Shown: piece by piece, positions 9,869-20,256 of the stretch
How positions within the stretch are numbered: position 1 is the stretch's first letter
Layout of the letters: every line of letters begins with the position of its first letter
Origin: a bacterium
GTDB lineage: Bacteria > UBA8248
Length of the DNA stretch: 64,000 bases
Direction: 5' to 3'
Assembly: GCA_965219955.1 (NCBI GenBank)
Contig: OZ244799.1
Span: forward strand, 1,664,001 to 1,728,000
The notes under the pieces: generated by a model
The model's input: the letters and a program-made list of their open reading frames with translations, nothing else
Told to the model about the DNA's origin: nothing
Database searches by the model: none
Made by a program: the position numbers and the translations under genes

Positions 9869-10857
9869 GAGGAACCCTCCATACGTGACTCCAATTCCAG
9901 ATACCGGGAAACCCTGTCATGGGCCTTTTCCAATATAGCCCCGAAATCCTTTTCCCGGGGTTCATACCAGTTCACGCCCTCGAGCTTGCGGAACCAGGTG
10001 CGCTGACGTTTCGCGTAGTTGCGGTGCAGCCTGGATATTTCCCGAACCGCCTCGTTCTCTGCCATCTGTCCCCTGCGCAACGCGAGGGCCTCCTGGAATC
10101 CAAGACCCTCGAACACCCGGGCGCCGGTGAGATTCTTCTCGGCCAGCATCGCCACTTCTTCCAGCATTCCGCCCGAGAGCATCCGCCGCACCCTGCGCTC
10201 GATCCGCTCGGCGAGGATGGGCGCCGGATACCTGAGGCCAATATACAACGAAGACGCGAACCTGGGCGCATTTTGCTCGGCGCGCAACCGCGAAACCGGC
10301 CGCCCCGTCGCCTCATACACCTCCAGGGCGCGAACCACCCGCCGCAGATCGTTGGGATGAAGTTTCGCGGCCGTTTCGGGGTCGACGGCGAAGAGGCGCT
10401 CGTGCATAGCCTTATGCCCCCGCCTGGAAGCCTCCCCTTCCAATCGCTCCCTGATTGCCGGCTGCGCTTCAGGTCCCTCGAAAAATCCCTCCACCAAAGC
10501 GCGGATATACAAACCGCTCCCTCCCACCACGAGCGGGTATGCGCCTCTGCGATAAATTTCCTCGATGCAAAGGAGCGCCTCATCCGCATAGCGCGCTGCG
10601 CTATAAGTCTCCCCCAATTCCGCTACATCCATCATATGATGCGGCACGCCGCCGCGTTCATCCAAACCGGGCTTTGCGGTGCCCACGCCGATACCCCGAT
10701 AAATCTGCCTGGCGTCGGCGCCGACAATTTCCAGGGACACGCTCTCCTCCAGGAAGCGCTTCGCCAGCGCAACGCCAAAAGCCGATTTCCCCGAACACGT
10801 GGTTCCCACTATGAGAATGATGGGGCGTGAACATCCTGATGATGGCTTGCGATTCAT
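9865..10857 (-). CDS. miaA: tRNA dimethylallyltransferase
   Basis: GTTCSGKS, DARQIYRG..GTAKP, GGSGLY, HPNDLRRVVRALEV and YAKRQRTWF. Confidence 0.96.
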   Translation of the reverse strand: MNRKPSSGCSRPIILIVGTTCSGKSAFGVALAKRFLEESVSLEIVGADARQIYRGIGVGTAKPGLDERGGVPHHMMDVAELGETYSAARYADEALLCIEEIYRRGAYPLVVGGSGLYIRALVEGFFEGPEAQPAIRERLEGEASRRGHKAMHERLFAVDPETAAKLHPNDLRRVVRALEVYEATGRPVSRLRAEQNAPRFASSLYIGLRYPAPILAERIERRVRRMLSGGMLEEVAMLAEKNLTGARVFEGLGFQEALALRRGQMAENEAVREISRLHRNYAKRQRTWFRKLEGVNWYEPREKDFGAILEKAHDRVSRYLELESRMEGSS

Positions 10858-10967
10858 GGGCTGGGTGCTTCAGGCGGAGGCGGCTCGTCTCGCCAAAAGA
10901 TGAGAAAGTCCTGGAAGCATCTCATGTCCAGATCGGGCACGAGAGCGAGCACAAAAGCCGCCTCGCT

Positions 10968-11501
10968 TCAAGAGCAAAGCGCTTCGAGCGCATCCTGAAA
11001 CGCGCCAAAGTCTGCATCCGAGAACAGCACGAATTCTATCCGGGTCAGCATGCCCGTCGACGCCTGCAGGTGCGCCAGGCAGACCTCGAGCATACGGGAG
11101 GCGACCGTCTTCACATCCAGGCCCCCGACGCCCGTGCCGATGGCGGGAAACGCGATGCTGCCCAGCGAATTCTCCTCGGCCACTTCGAGGCTCGCCCGGG
11201 TGCAGGCTTCCACGATTTCGGGCGAGGTACTAAGGTCCGTCCCCATTCCCGCCGCATGAATCACGTGCCGGGCGCGGAGTTCGCCGCCACCCGTGATTAC
11301 GGCACCCCCGATCCGAATCGGCCCTTTCGATACCGCCTCGGCCTCTATCGTTTTCCCGCCTTTTCTCTTGATGGCGCCGGCCACGCCCGCGCCCATCCAG
11401 AGATGGTTGTTGGCCGCATTCACGATGGCGTCCACTTCGGACTCGGTGATATCACCCTGCCGAAGAACCACGCATCCGCGACCGACGCGCTTTTCATTCA
11501 T
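10968..11501 (-). CDS. Macro-domain protein (YmdB / O-acetyl-ADP-ribose deacetylase-like)
   Basis: GDIT, IVNAAN, GAGVAGAI and SIAFPAIGTGVGG. Confidence 0.9.
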   Translation of the reverse strand: MNEKRVGRGCVVLRQGDITESEVDAIVNAANNHLWMGAGVAGAIKRKGGKTIEAEAVSKGPIRIGGAVITGGGELRARHVIHAAGMGTDLSTSPEIVEACTRASLEVAEENSLGSIAFPAIGTGVGGLDVKTVASRMLEVCLAHLQASTGMLTRIEFVLFSDADFGAFQDALEALCS

Positions 11502-11561
11502 GAGAAAAATTCCGGTTGGGCGGGATTGTCCCGGGGGACATGCCAACTGAAGACCGCTTGA

Positions 11562-11951
11562 CTAGAAGAGAGATTCTTCCTCCGACGATTCTCCATACGC
11601 ATCGGAACCGGCCGACGCTGAAGCGTCTCTGCCCGAGGAACCGGGCACTCCATCATCCTCGAAAGGAGCCGCTCCGGAGTGATCGACCATCTGCCTCAAT
11701 TCTTTCCCCGCCTTGAAGAACGGCACATTCTTGGGCGGAATCGCGACCGCTTCACCCGTTCTCGGGTTCCGGCCGTCGCGGCTGTTCCTCGAACGCACCC
11801 GGAAACTCCCGAATCCACGCAATTCCACCTTATCGCCATTCGACAAGGAATTCATGATGCTTCCGAACACGATGTTCACGATGCGCTCGGTGTCTTTTTT
11901 CGTGAGATTGATTTTCTCAGCTATCTGTTCAACCAACTCGGCCTTAGTCAT
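11562..11951 (-). CDS. ihfB: Integration host factor beta / HU family protein with an acidic C-terminal tail
   Basis: MTKAEL...VELRGFGSF...GRNPRTG...PFFKAGKELR; typical position downstream of rpsA. Confidence 0.85.
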   Translation of the reverse strand: MTKAELVEQIAEKINLTKKDTERIVNIVFGSIMNSLSNGDKVELRGFGSFRVRSRNSRDGRNPRTGEAVAIPPKNVPFFKAGKELRQMVDHSGAAPFEDDGVPGSSGRDASASAGSDAYGESSEEESLF

Positions 11952-12115
11952 GAGAATCATCATCCTTACGAGCGAGATGGATACATTAGCGATTCGGAGT
12001 ATCCAAGCAATTCATCAAATAGCGACGAACCTCCTCAGGCGGCGAGAAGTTTCGTGATCATACTTTCCACAAAATCATCGGATGGGCTCCCCTACCATCC
12101 ACGCTATTCTTACGT

Positions 12116-13930
12116 TTACTCATCCTCCTCGGGCGCAGCCTCCGCAACGACTTCCGCCTCGGCTTCGACCTCTACTTCTACTTCTGCTTCCTCCATCTCT
12201 TCGCCTGAGAGAACACTTTCCTCTTCAGGCGGTTCCACGGGCTGAGGCGCCCGGCTGATGAGCGGATCCTCACCGGTGGACTCCACATAGGCGCGGATGC
12301 TCAACCCCAGCCTTCTTTGCTCCCGATCGATCTTGATGACGCGCATTTTGAACACGTCACCTACATGCACCACGTCCTGCGGCTCTTTCACCTTATCCGA
12401 ATCGAGTTCGGAGATGTGAACCAGTCCCTCCAGATCTTCCTCCGGAGCGGCGAAAACACCGAAGTTCGTTATTTTCGTTACTTTCGCCTCGATATCGTCG
12501 TCCAGCGCATAACGTTCGTTGATGTCGTCCCAGGGATCCGGCGTGATTTGCTTCATGCCGAGGGAGAGACGCTCCTTCTCGACGTCCACGCTCAGAACAA
12601 CCGCTTCGATCTCCTGGCCCTTGCGGAGGATTTCCGAGGGGTGCTTGAAGCGCTGGGTCCAGGAAATGTCCGAAATGTGGATGAGGCCGTCGATGCCCTC
12701 GTCCAGGGCGACGAAGGCGCCGAATTCCGTCAAATTCCGGATGTTGCCCGTCACGCGCATTCCCACAGGATACTTCTCCTCCACCGTGGTCCACGGGTTG
12801 GCTTCGACCTGCTTCATGCCCAGGGAGATTCTGCGGCCCTCTTTGTCCAGGTTCAAAACGACGGCTTCCACCACATCGCCCACCGCGACGAATTTGGAGG
12901 GATGGCGGACGCGTCTCGTCCAGGACATCTCCGACACATGCACCAAACCTTCGACGCCCTGTTCGAGCTCGACGAAAGCGCCGTAATCGGTGATGGAGAC
13001 GACGCGTCCTCGAACCTTGCCGGTCATGGGATATTTGATTTCCACGTTCTCCCAGGGGTCCGGCGTGATCTGCTTATGGCCCAGGGAGACGCGCTCGCGC
13101 TCCTTGTCGTACTTGAGCACGGTGACCTTGACGCTGTCTCCGATGGAGAGAAGCTCGCTCGGGTGGCCCACCCGCCCCCAGGACATGTCCGTGATATGGA
13201 GCAGGCCGTCGATTCCGCCCAGGTCGATGAACGCGCCGTAGTCGGTGATGTTCTTGACGACGCCTACCTTCTCCATGCCTTCCGTGAGATTCGCGAGCGT
13301 CTCACGCTTGAGTTCCGCTCTTTCATCCTCTAACAGCACGCGCCTGGAGAGAACGATGTTCCCGCGCTTTCTGTTGAGTTTGATGATCTTCATGTCGAAG
13401 GATTTTCCGATAAACTGATCGAGGTTCCTCACCGGCCTCAGATCGACCTGGGAGCCCGGCAAAAAGGCTTTGAGGCCGATGTCGACCGTAAGCCCGCCCT
13501 TGATGCGGGCGACGACCTCGCCCTGGATAATCTCGTCGTTGTCATGGGCTTTGCTGATCTCGTCCCAAATCTTGATTCGGTTGGCTTTCTCCTTGGAGAG
13601 CACGATGAGGCCATCATCGTCCTCGCGTTCTTCGACGAAAACCTCCACCCTGTCGCCAGGGTTGAGATCCCGCCCACGGCTCGGGAATTCAAAGCGAGGC
13701 ACCAAGCCCTCTGATTTATAACCTACGTCCACCAGCACATATTCGCCTTCCATCCCCACAACCGTTCCTTCGATGATCTCGCCATCCTGCACCTTCATCG
13801 TGGAGGCGTAGAGGTCATCCATTTGTTCAGGAGAAAGGGAGTCTGGATCCACTTCGTCGGGTAGTAATTCGGCCACCTTCGATGAGAAGGCGGGAAGAGC
13901 CTCTGATTCGTTAGAGGGAGTTTCATTCAT
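12116..13930 (-). CDS. rpsA: 30S ribosomal protein S1
   Basis: Repeated S1 domains (DYGAFIDLGGIDGLLHITDMSW and similar). Confidence 0.98.
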   Translation of the reverse strand: MNETPSNESEALPAFSSKVAELLPDEVDPDSLSPEQMDDLYASTMKVQDGEIIEGTVVGMEGEYVLVDVGYKSEGLVPRFEFPSRGRDLNPGDRVEVFVEEREDDDGLIVLSKEKANRIKIWDEISKAHDNDEIIQGEVVARIKGGLTVDIGLKAFLPGSQVDLRPVRNLDQFIGKSFDMKIIKLNRKRGNIVLSRRVLLEDERAELKRETLANLTEGMEKVGVVKNITDYGAFIDLGGIDGLLHITDMSWGRVGHPSELLSIGDSVKVTVLKYDKERERVSLGHKQITPDPWENVEIKYPMTGKVRGRVVSITDYGAFVELEQGVEGLVHVSEMSWTRRVRHPSKFVAVGDVVEAVVLNLDKEGRRISLGMKQVEANPWTTVEEKYPVGMRVTGNIRNLTEFGAFVALDEGIDGLIHISDISWTQRFKHPSEILRKGQEIEAVVLSVDVEKERLSLGMKQITPDPWDDINERYALDDDIEAKVTKITNFGVFAAPEEDLEGLVHISELDSDKVKEPQDVVHVGDVFKMRVIKIDREQRRLGLSIRAYVESTGEDPLISRAPQPVEPPEEESVLSGEEMEEAEVEVEVEAEAEVVAEAAPEEDE

Positions 13931-14065
13931 CTGTTTGCGTTACCTCGTTCTGTGAAAAGAAAATTGCCGCCACCGCTCAAGCGCCCATCGCTATCGCAGT
14001 CATCGGCATGAAATTAGCGGAAAAAATCATACTACACCCGAGAAAGGAGAGAATCAACCAATAAC

Positions 14066-14803
14066 TCAAGCATCCTCAATCACTTCCCCGTAAACCAGGC
14101 GGATTTTCTCTAACATGACATCGAGCACCTGGTCAACGCCGATTTCGCTCGTTTGGATCTCCTCGGCGTCCTCGGCCTTGCGCAGCGGTGCGCTGGCTCT
14201 GTGGCGGTCTCTCTCGTCCCTGCGCTTCAAGTCTTCGCGCAGATGATCGGGGTGAAAGGAGACTCCCCTCGCCTCGAGTTCGGCGAAGCGCCGCTGGATT
14301 CGCACCTCGATGTCCGCGTCGAGGAAAAATTTAAGCCTGGCTTCCGGGAAAACGACCGTGCCGATGTCGCGCCCATCGATGACGGCACCGCGCTTGCGCC
14401 CGTAATTCCTTTGAAAATCGAGCAGCGCCGCTCGCACTCCGGGTATCGCCGACACGCGCGACGCCATGTCGCTTATCACCTCGTCGCGGAGCGCATCGGT
14501 AACGTCTTCCCCGTCCAGAACGTTCTTCCAGCCACTCCCCTCTTTGCGGCACTCGAAGCGCAAATCACGCGCGGAGTCGACCGCCCTGCTCTCGAAATCA
14601 CCCTCTCGATTCTTGTTCAAAACCTGATAGCCCACCGCCCGGTAGAGCGCGCCGCTTTCGAGATAGTCGAAACCCAGCCTCTCCGCGACCCCCTTGGCCG
14701 CCGTGCTCTTGCCCGAACCCGCAGGCCCATCGATGGGAATGACGATGCCGGCTGATTTTCGGCGCGATTCCTCTCTCAAGGCCACCCCTTTTTCCGCGCC
14801 CAT
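14066..14803 (-). CDS. cmk: Cytidylate kinase (true start probably slightly downstream of the ORF start)
   Basis: IDGPAGSGKST, SGALYRA, DGRDIGTVVFP and RDERD. Confidence 0.95.
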   Translation of the reverse strand: MGAEKGVALREESRRKSAGIVIPIDGPAGSGKSTAAKGVAERLGFDYLESGALYRAVGYQVLNKNREGDFESRAVDSARDLRFECRKEGSGWKNVLDGEDVTDALRDEVISDMASRVSAIPGVRAALLDFQRNYGRKRGAVIDGRDIGTVVFPEARLKFFLDADIEVRIQRRFAELEARGVSFHPDHLREDLKRRDERDRHRASAPLRKAEDAEEIQTSEIGVDQVLDVMLEKIRLVYGEVIEDA

Positions 14804-15642
14804 TCGTCCCGGCCGTCCTTGGCGCGCGAAAACGCACGCTCGAGCCCCTCGGAATCCGCCTCTTCCAGCAAACGGCGAAGTTCCGCCAGCTCTTTCTCGA
14901 ACCTGTCGAGCGCGCCCAGCAGCGCCTCCTGGTTGTCCTCGCAGATTTCACGCCACATTTCCGCCCCGGAGGACGCGATTCGGGAAAAATCCCGAAAGCC
15001 GCTCGACGCATACCGGAGCGCTCCGCCCTTAAGGGCGGTGTTCATCATGGCATAGGCTACCAGATGCGGGAGATGGCTGATGTCGGCCATCACCCGATCA
15101 TGCGTCTCGGGATCGAGAATCTCGACGTTTGCGCCCACTCCCTCCCATAGCGCGCGCAAACGCTCGATGGTTCCAGGGTGCGTTCTCTCCGTCGGCGTCA
15201 GGATGGTCTGGTGCGCTTCGAAAAGGGAGGAAAAACTCGCCTTCACCCCGGTCTTCTCGCCTCCGGCGACTGGATGGCTCGCCAGAAATTTCACATCTCC
15301 CAAATCCATCGCCTCCACCGCCCGCACGTAGGGCGCCTTTACGCTGCCCACGTCGGTCAGTACGGCCCCGGGTGCCATCGCGGGCAAAATCGCCTCCGTC
15401 ACCCGCACCGCCGAGCGCACGGGGGTGCACACCACCACGAGGTCCGAATCGCGCACCGCCTCCAAGTGGTTCGTCTCGAAGCAATCCACGACGCCAAGCT
15501 CAAGCGCGCTTTCGAGGTTGCCCAGACTCCTGCCCGCGCCTACGAGCCTCGAAACGAGTCCCCTCTCCCGGGCGGCGCGGGCCAGCGAGCCGCCGATGAG
15601 CCCCACGCCGATGATGGTCATCTGCTCGAAAAGCACCGTCAT
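14776..15642 (-). CDS. tyrA: Prephenate/arogenate dehydrogenase
   Basis: GVGLIGGS, TDVGSVK, HPVAG, SHLPH and GFRDFSRIA. Confidence 0.95.
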   Translation of the reverse strand: MTVLFEQMTIIGVGLIGGSLARAARERGLVSRLVGAGRSLGNLESALELGVVDCFETNHLEAVRDSDLVVVCTPVRSAVRVTEAILPAMAPGAVLTDVGSVKAPYVRAVEAMDLGDVKFLASHPVAGGEKTGVKASFSSLFEAHQTILTPTERTHPGTIERLRALWEGVGANVEILDPETHDRVMADISHLPHLVAYAMMNTALKGGALRYASSGFRDFSRIASSGAEMWREICEDNQEALLGALDRFEKELAELRRLLEEADSEGLERAFSRAKDGRDEWARKKGWP

Positions 15643-15694
15643 ATCCTTTTCGTTTTTTCTATAAAATACATAAAGTTATACTTGTATCTAGTTG

Positions 15695-16789
15695 TTATGT
15701 ATTTATATTTAACACTTTATATAACGCCTTGATAACCTCTTCGTTCTCCTGCGGCGTTCCGATGGAAATCCGCAGGTGGCGCGGAAAGCCGTATCCCGCC
15801 ACCGGCCTGACGATCACGCCCTCCCTGAGCAGCGCTTCGTAGACCTGCATCGCTTCACCCACATCGACCATCAGGAAATTCCCCTGCGTGGGCACGAAGG
15901 GAAGGCCCATGGCCGACAGCTCGTACACGAAATACTCCCGGCCCTCGGCGTTCACGGCGACCGACCTTTCGACGTGTTCGGTGTCGCCCAGGGCGGCCTG
16001 CGCGGCCAGGAGGGCCAGGGAATTGACGTTGAACGGCTCGCGGACGCTCTCCATCGCCTGCGCGACTTCCGCATCCGCCACGCCGTAGCCGACACGCAGG
16101 CCGGCCAGCCCATAGACCTTCGAGAAGGTCCGCATGGCGACCAGGTTCGGAAATTCGCCCAGCATCCCGGCGGCGTCGGGGTAATCCTCCAGATGGGCGT
16201 AATGACAATAAGCCTCGTCCATGACGACGAGGGTAGTCTCCGGAATCTTTTTCAGAAATTCCCGGAGTTTCCCCTCCCCCACCGCCGTACCCGTGGGGTT
16301 GTTCGGGTTCGCAATAAAAACGATTTTCGTTTTTTCGCAAACCAGATCGGCCATGGCGTCCAAGTCCTGGTGGTAATCGCGCATCGGGGCGCGCCTGATC
16401 TCGCAAGAAGTAAGCTGAGAAACGATGTGGTAGACGATAAAGGCGCCTTCTGAGAAAACCACCGGGTCGCCAGGGTCCAGGTAGGCATGCGCCAGAATCT
16501 CCAGAACCTCGTTCGTTCCGTTTCCGAGAACGAAATTACCGGGCTGCAGGCCATGGTGTCCGGCCAGCGCGTTTTTGAGGTAAAAACCCCCGCCGTCGGG
16601 GTAGCGGTGCAATTCCTCGATAGCGCTGTTGATAGCTTCGACCGCCTTGGGCGAAGGCCCCAGGGGGTTCTCGTTCGATGCCACCTTGATGGAATCGGCG
16701 ACCCCGAGTTCGCGTTCGAGTTCCTCCACCGGCTTTCCCGGCTGGTAGACGATGATGTCCGAAACGGGCCGCGCCCTTTGAAATTTCAT
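15695..16789 (-). CDS. hisC: Histidinol-phosphate aminotransferase
   Basis: ASNENPLG, NPNNPTG, DEAY and RTFSKVYGLAGLRVGY. Confidence 0.96.
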   Translation of the reverse strand: MKFQRARPVSDIIVYQPGKPVEELERELGVADSIKVASNENPLGPSPKAVEAINSAIEELHRYPDGGGFYLKNALAGHHGLQPGNFVLGNGTNEVLEILAHAYLDPGDPVVFSEGAFIVYHIVSQLTSCEIRRAPMRDYHQDLDAMADLVCEKTKIVFIANPNNPTGTAVGEGKLREFLKKIPETTLVVMDEAYCHYAHLEDYPDAAGMLGEFPNLVAMRTFSKVYGLAGLRVGYGVADAEVAQAMESVREPFNVNSLALLAAQAALGDTEHVERSVAVNAEGREYFVYELSAMGLPFVPTQGNFLMVDVGEAMQVYEALLREGVIVRPVAGYGFPRHLRISIGTPQENEEVIKALYKVLNINT

Positions 16790-16847
16790 CCTCTCTCCTC
16801 AAATCTCCGGCAACGCGAGAGCCACGCGCCCGAAAAACCCCTCAAAA

Positions 16848-17687
16848 TCATTTCACTTCGCGCGCTCGTTGCAGCACGGGGTAAGAACCCAGCACGCGAA
16901 CAAAATCCACCAGATTTCTCAGTTCCAGAATACCTTTCGCTATTGTTTCATCTTCCGCGAAACCGTCGATTTCCATGTAGAAGACGTACTCCCACGCCAC
17001 TTTTCGCGAAGGCCGGGACTCGATTTTCGTCATGTTCAGATTGCGCTCGGCGATGGGAGCCAGCGCCTTGTGGAGCGCGCCCGATTCGTTTTTCAAGCCG
17101 AAGAGAAGACTCGTCTTCGAATGTCGGTCGCGATCGGGCCTCTCTGTCCCTATGACGAAAAAACGCGTCACGTTGATGATCTCGGAATCCAGCTTTTCCT
17201 CCAGGATATTCAGGCCGTAATGCTCGGCCGCCAGACGGCTTCCCAAAGCACCCAGTTTGGGGTCCTCAGCCGCCATCTTCGCCGCCAACGATGTGCTCAA
17301 AACCTCCTCGATCTTGACGCCCGAGGCGTTGGCCCGAAGCCAGCGCCGGCACTGGGCCACCGCGTGGGGGTGGCTGAGTATGCGCTCCACCTGCTCGATG
17401 GAACCCGCGTTCGTGAGCAGATGGATGTCGATGGGCAGGCGGATTTCGCCCTCCACCAGCAAACGGGATTCCAGCAGCCTGTCGAGCGTGATGTTGACCG
17501 TGCCCTCTATCGCGTTCTCTATCGGAACCACGCCCCACCGGGAGCGGCGGCCTTCCACATCGTCGAACACGGCGTCGATGCTTTGTACGGGCGTGAGAGC
17601 GGCACCCTCGCCGAAGCGCAGAATGGCGGCTTCGTGCGTGAAGGTGGCCTCGGGGCCCAGATAGCTCACTCTCGGCAAATCGTTCAT
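16848..17687 (-). CDS. pheA: Prephenate dehydratase (monofunctional, with ACT domain)
   Basis: YLGPEATF, VPIEN, SHPHA, TRF and NMTKIESRP; no chorismate mutase domain. Confidence 0.93.
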   Translation of the reverse strand: MNDLPRVSYLGPEATFTHEAAILRFGEGAALTPVQSIDAVFDDVEGRRSRWGVVPIENAIEGTVNITLDRLLESRLLVEGEIRLPIDIHLLTNAGSIEQVERILSHPHAVAQCRRWLRANASGVKIEEVLSTSLAAKMAAEDPKLGALGSRLAAEHYGLNILEEKLDSEIINVTRFFVIGTERPDRDRHSKTSLLFGLKNESGALHKALAPIAERNLNMTKIESRPSRKVAWEYVFYMEIDGFAEDETIAKGILELRNLVDFVRVLGSYPVLQRAREVK

Positions 17688-17835
17688 GATGCAACACTCC
17701 GATTCGAAGATAACGCCACCGAAACCGCGCTATCCTACCCCAAGGCCCGGCGATTGTGAACGCCCGAAAGCTCTGGCAAACTAGCCGGGCCTGCGAGCGC
17801 GATCCGATATTTCATGCGAATTTATGAGGAAAAGA

Positions 17836-18969
17836 ATGAAGATTACAGACGTCGAAGCATACATGCTCACCGGCCCGCCCGAGGAGCGCGGCCACTGGGT
17901 CAGCCATTACCCCGTCCACCAGGCGAACGAGTTGCTGATACGGCTCAAAACCGACGAGGGGCTTGAGGGTTTCGGCCTCGGCAGCAGCCGCCTCCTCATC
18001 AAGGGCGCGGCCGAGATGTTCAACGAAGGGCTCAAGGAACTCATCATCGGCGAGGACGCGCTCGCTCCCGAGAGGCTGTATGAGAAGATATTCTCCATCA
18101 CCCACCAGAAGATCGCCTTTATCAAGGATTGGTCACGAAACGGGCTGCTCATCACCAGCGCGGCCTTGGACCTCGCCATGTGGGATATTCTCGGGAAAGC
18201 CTCGGGCCAGCCGCTTTTCCGCCTCTTCGGCGGATACCGCAAGGAAGTGCCCTGCTACGTCACCTGCGCCTATTACCGCGACGGGAAGGACTTGGGCGAG
18301 TTACGCGAAGAGATGGAAATGCTGCGCGATCAGGGGCACAGGGCGTTCAAGGCGAAAATCGGCGGCGCATCGCTCGAAGAGGACATGGCGCGACTGCGGG
18401 TAATCCGCGAGGTCATCGGCGATAAGGCCGAGCTCATGCTCGACGTGAACAGCGCCTGGGATTTACCCACCGCCATCGAGGGCGCGCGCCTGCTTCAGGA
18501 GATCCGCCCCCGCTGGCTCGAAGAACCCGTGCGCTGGTTCGACGACAGGCGGGAACTCAAGATTCTCGCGCGGAAGACGGACATCCCCCTCTCCGCAGGG
18601 GAGAGCGAGCAGACGGGGCACGGCGTGCGCGCGCTGCTGGAAGAACAGGCGATCGACATCGTGCAGTTCGACTGCACGCGCATGGGCGGGTTCTCCATGG
18701 GGAGAAAACTCGCGGCCCTGGCCGAACTCAACCACGTGGAAATCGCTCCGCACCACGACTGCTTCATTCACGCCCACATCGTGGCGGCCTCGCCCGCGGG
18801 CTACATCGTGGAATCGTTCACGGACCCCGAGCGCGACCCGCTCCAGGCGGAACTCTTCGAGAACCCGCCCCGCATCGAGAACGGGACGATTTATCTGAAC
18901 GAGGAGCCGGGACTCGGGCTGACGCTATCGGAAGAGGCGATAGAGAAGTTCGGGACAAGGATCGCGTAA
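17836..18969 (+). CDS. Mandelate racemase / muconate lactonizing enzyme family protein
   Basis: DLAMWDILGK, KxK (FKAKIG), MLDVN, WLEEP and AGE metal ligands. Confidence 0.9.
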   Translation: MKITDVEAYMLTGPPEERGHWVSHYPVHQANELLIRLKTDEGLEGFGLGSSRLLIKGAAEMFNEGLKELIIGEDALAPERLYEKIFSITHQKIAFIKDWSRNGLLITSAALDLAMWDILGKASGQPLFRLFGGYRKEVPCYVTCAYYRDGKDLGELREEMEMLRDQGHRAFKAKIGGASLEEDMARLRVIREVIGDKAELMLDVNSAWDLPTAIEGARLLQEIRPRWLEEPVRWFDDRRELKILARKTDIPLSAGESEQTGHGVRALLEEQAIDIVQFDCTRMGGFSMGRKLAALAELNHVEIAPHHDCFIHAHIVAASPAGYIVESFTDPERDPLQAELFENPPRIENGTIYLNEEPGLGLTLSEEAIEKFGTRIA

Positions 18970-19040
18970 GGGGACGGTGGAAAGATACGCTTGGCCGAGC
19001 AGTCCTACAGTTATTTAGAGTTGTCAACTTTTTTGAAGAC

Positions 19041-20153
19041 TTACCCCGCAACCCTATCCGGGAGGCGATAGCTCGTACTCCGCCCACCACCGGGATTCCG
19101 GATAAAAATCCCTCGGGCCTGTAAATCCTGAATATCCCGAAGCGCCGTATCCGTGGAGCACTTCGCCAGCTTGGCGTATTTCGAAGTATGCATATGTCCC
19201 TCGAAGTCATCCTCGAGCATACGATTCAGGACCAGACGCTGGCGTTCGTTGACGGGCTGCCGGTTCATTTCCCCCAAAAGCTGCGCCTTGAACAGAACTT
19301 TATGCAGCGTATCTTCGGCATTGCCGAATGCGCGGTTAAGGCAACCGAGGAACCATTCGAGCCAGTCCGTTATATCTGGTGTGCCGCGTTGTTGTTTTTC
19401 CAGTTGAGCGTAATAATCCTTGCGCCCGGATTCCATTTGTGTCGACAGGCTGTAGAAACGATCCGCCATGCCGTCAGAACGCGCCAAAGCCATATCGGCT
19501 ATGGCCCTGGCGATGCGGCCGTTGCCGTCTTCGAATGGATGGAGCGTGACAAACCACAGATGGGCAACCCCGGCTTTCAAAACGGGATCGACGCTGCTTT
19601 CAACCTCGAACCATTCCAGAAACGCCCCCATCTCTTGCTCAAGACGATCCGCATCCGGCGCCTCGAAATGAACCTTTTCACGTCCGAGAGAGCCTGAAAC
19701 AACCTGCATGGGCCCGGCTTCGGGGGTGCGCCAACCTCCGACCGTAATGCGGCGCATCCCGCTCCGGCCGGTTGGAAACAACGCAGCGTGCCAATCGAAC
19801 AGGCGCTCTCTCGTCAGGGGTCTGGAAAATTGCCGTGTTGCATCCAGCATCACCTCGACGATGCCCTCGACATCGCGGCTTGCCGGCGCAAGCCCGGCAA
19901 CATCGATGCCCAGGCGCCGGGCGATGGATGATCGCACCTCCCGGGGATTCAGGTTTTCTCCCTCGATGGCCGATGACTTGACCACATCGTTCGTCAGCGT
20001 AACGAGGCTCGCCTCACGCTTGAGTTCAAAGCCCAATCCTTCCATCCTGCCGAGCAGACGGCCCTGCCGATGCCGGACCCCGGCAAGTATCGAGGCGAGT
20101 CTCCCGGCGTCCCAGGTGAAGTCCGGCCAGTTATGATGTTTATATATCCACAT
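19041..20153 (-). CDS. Fic family protein (DUF4172-type N-terminus, C-terminal HTH)
   Basis: Canonical HPFEDGNGRIARA Fic motif, SSAIEGE inhibitory motif, WPDFTWD N-terminus and TALRDIQDL helix. Confidence 0.93.
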   Translation of the reverse strand: MWIYKHHNWPDFTWDAGRLASILAGVRHRQGRLLGRMEGLGFELKREASLVTLTNDVVKSSAIEGENLNPREVRSSIARRLGIDVAGLAPASRDVEGIVEVMLDATRQFSRPLTRERLFDWHAALFPTGRSGMRRITVGGWRTPEAGPMQVVSGSLGREKVHFEAPDADRLEQEMGAFLEWFEVESSVDPVLKAGVAHLWFVTLHPFEDGNGRIARAIADMALARSDGMADRFYSLSTQMESGRKDYYAQLEKQQRGTPDITDWLEWFLGCLNRAFGNAEDTLHKVLFKAQLLGEMNRQPVNERQRLVLNRMLEDDFEGHMHTSKYAKLAKCSTDTALRDIQDLQARGIFIRNPGGGRSTSYRLPDRVAG

Positions 20154-20156
20154 ATC

Positions 20157-20256
20157 AATCACCGCATTATTTGCAGTGATTATGCAGTTTATTCACTGCA
20201 AAAGCAAGAATAATCGACGCATAAAATGCGGTGAATAATGCTCCTATTCACCGCAA
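20157..20256. promoter_or_regulatory. Cluster of ATTCACYGCA-like half-sites (putative operators of the Fic gene)
   Basis: ATCACCGCA-TTATT-TGCAGTGAT, ATTCACTGCA, TGCGGTGAAT and ATTCACCGCA all lie within 100 bp upstream of the start. Confidence 0.5.
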
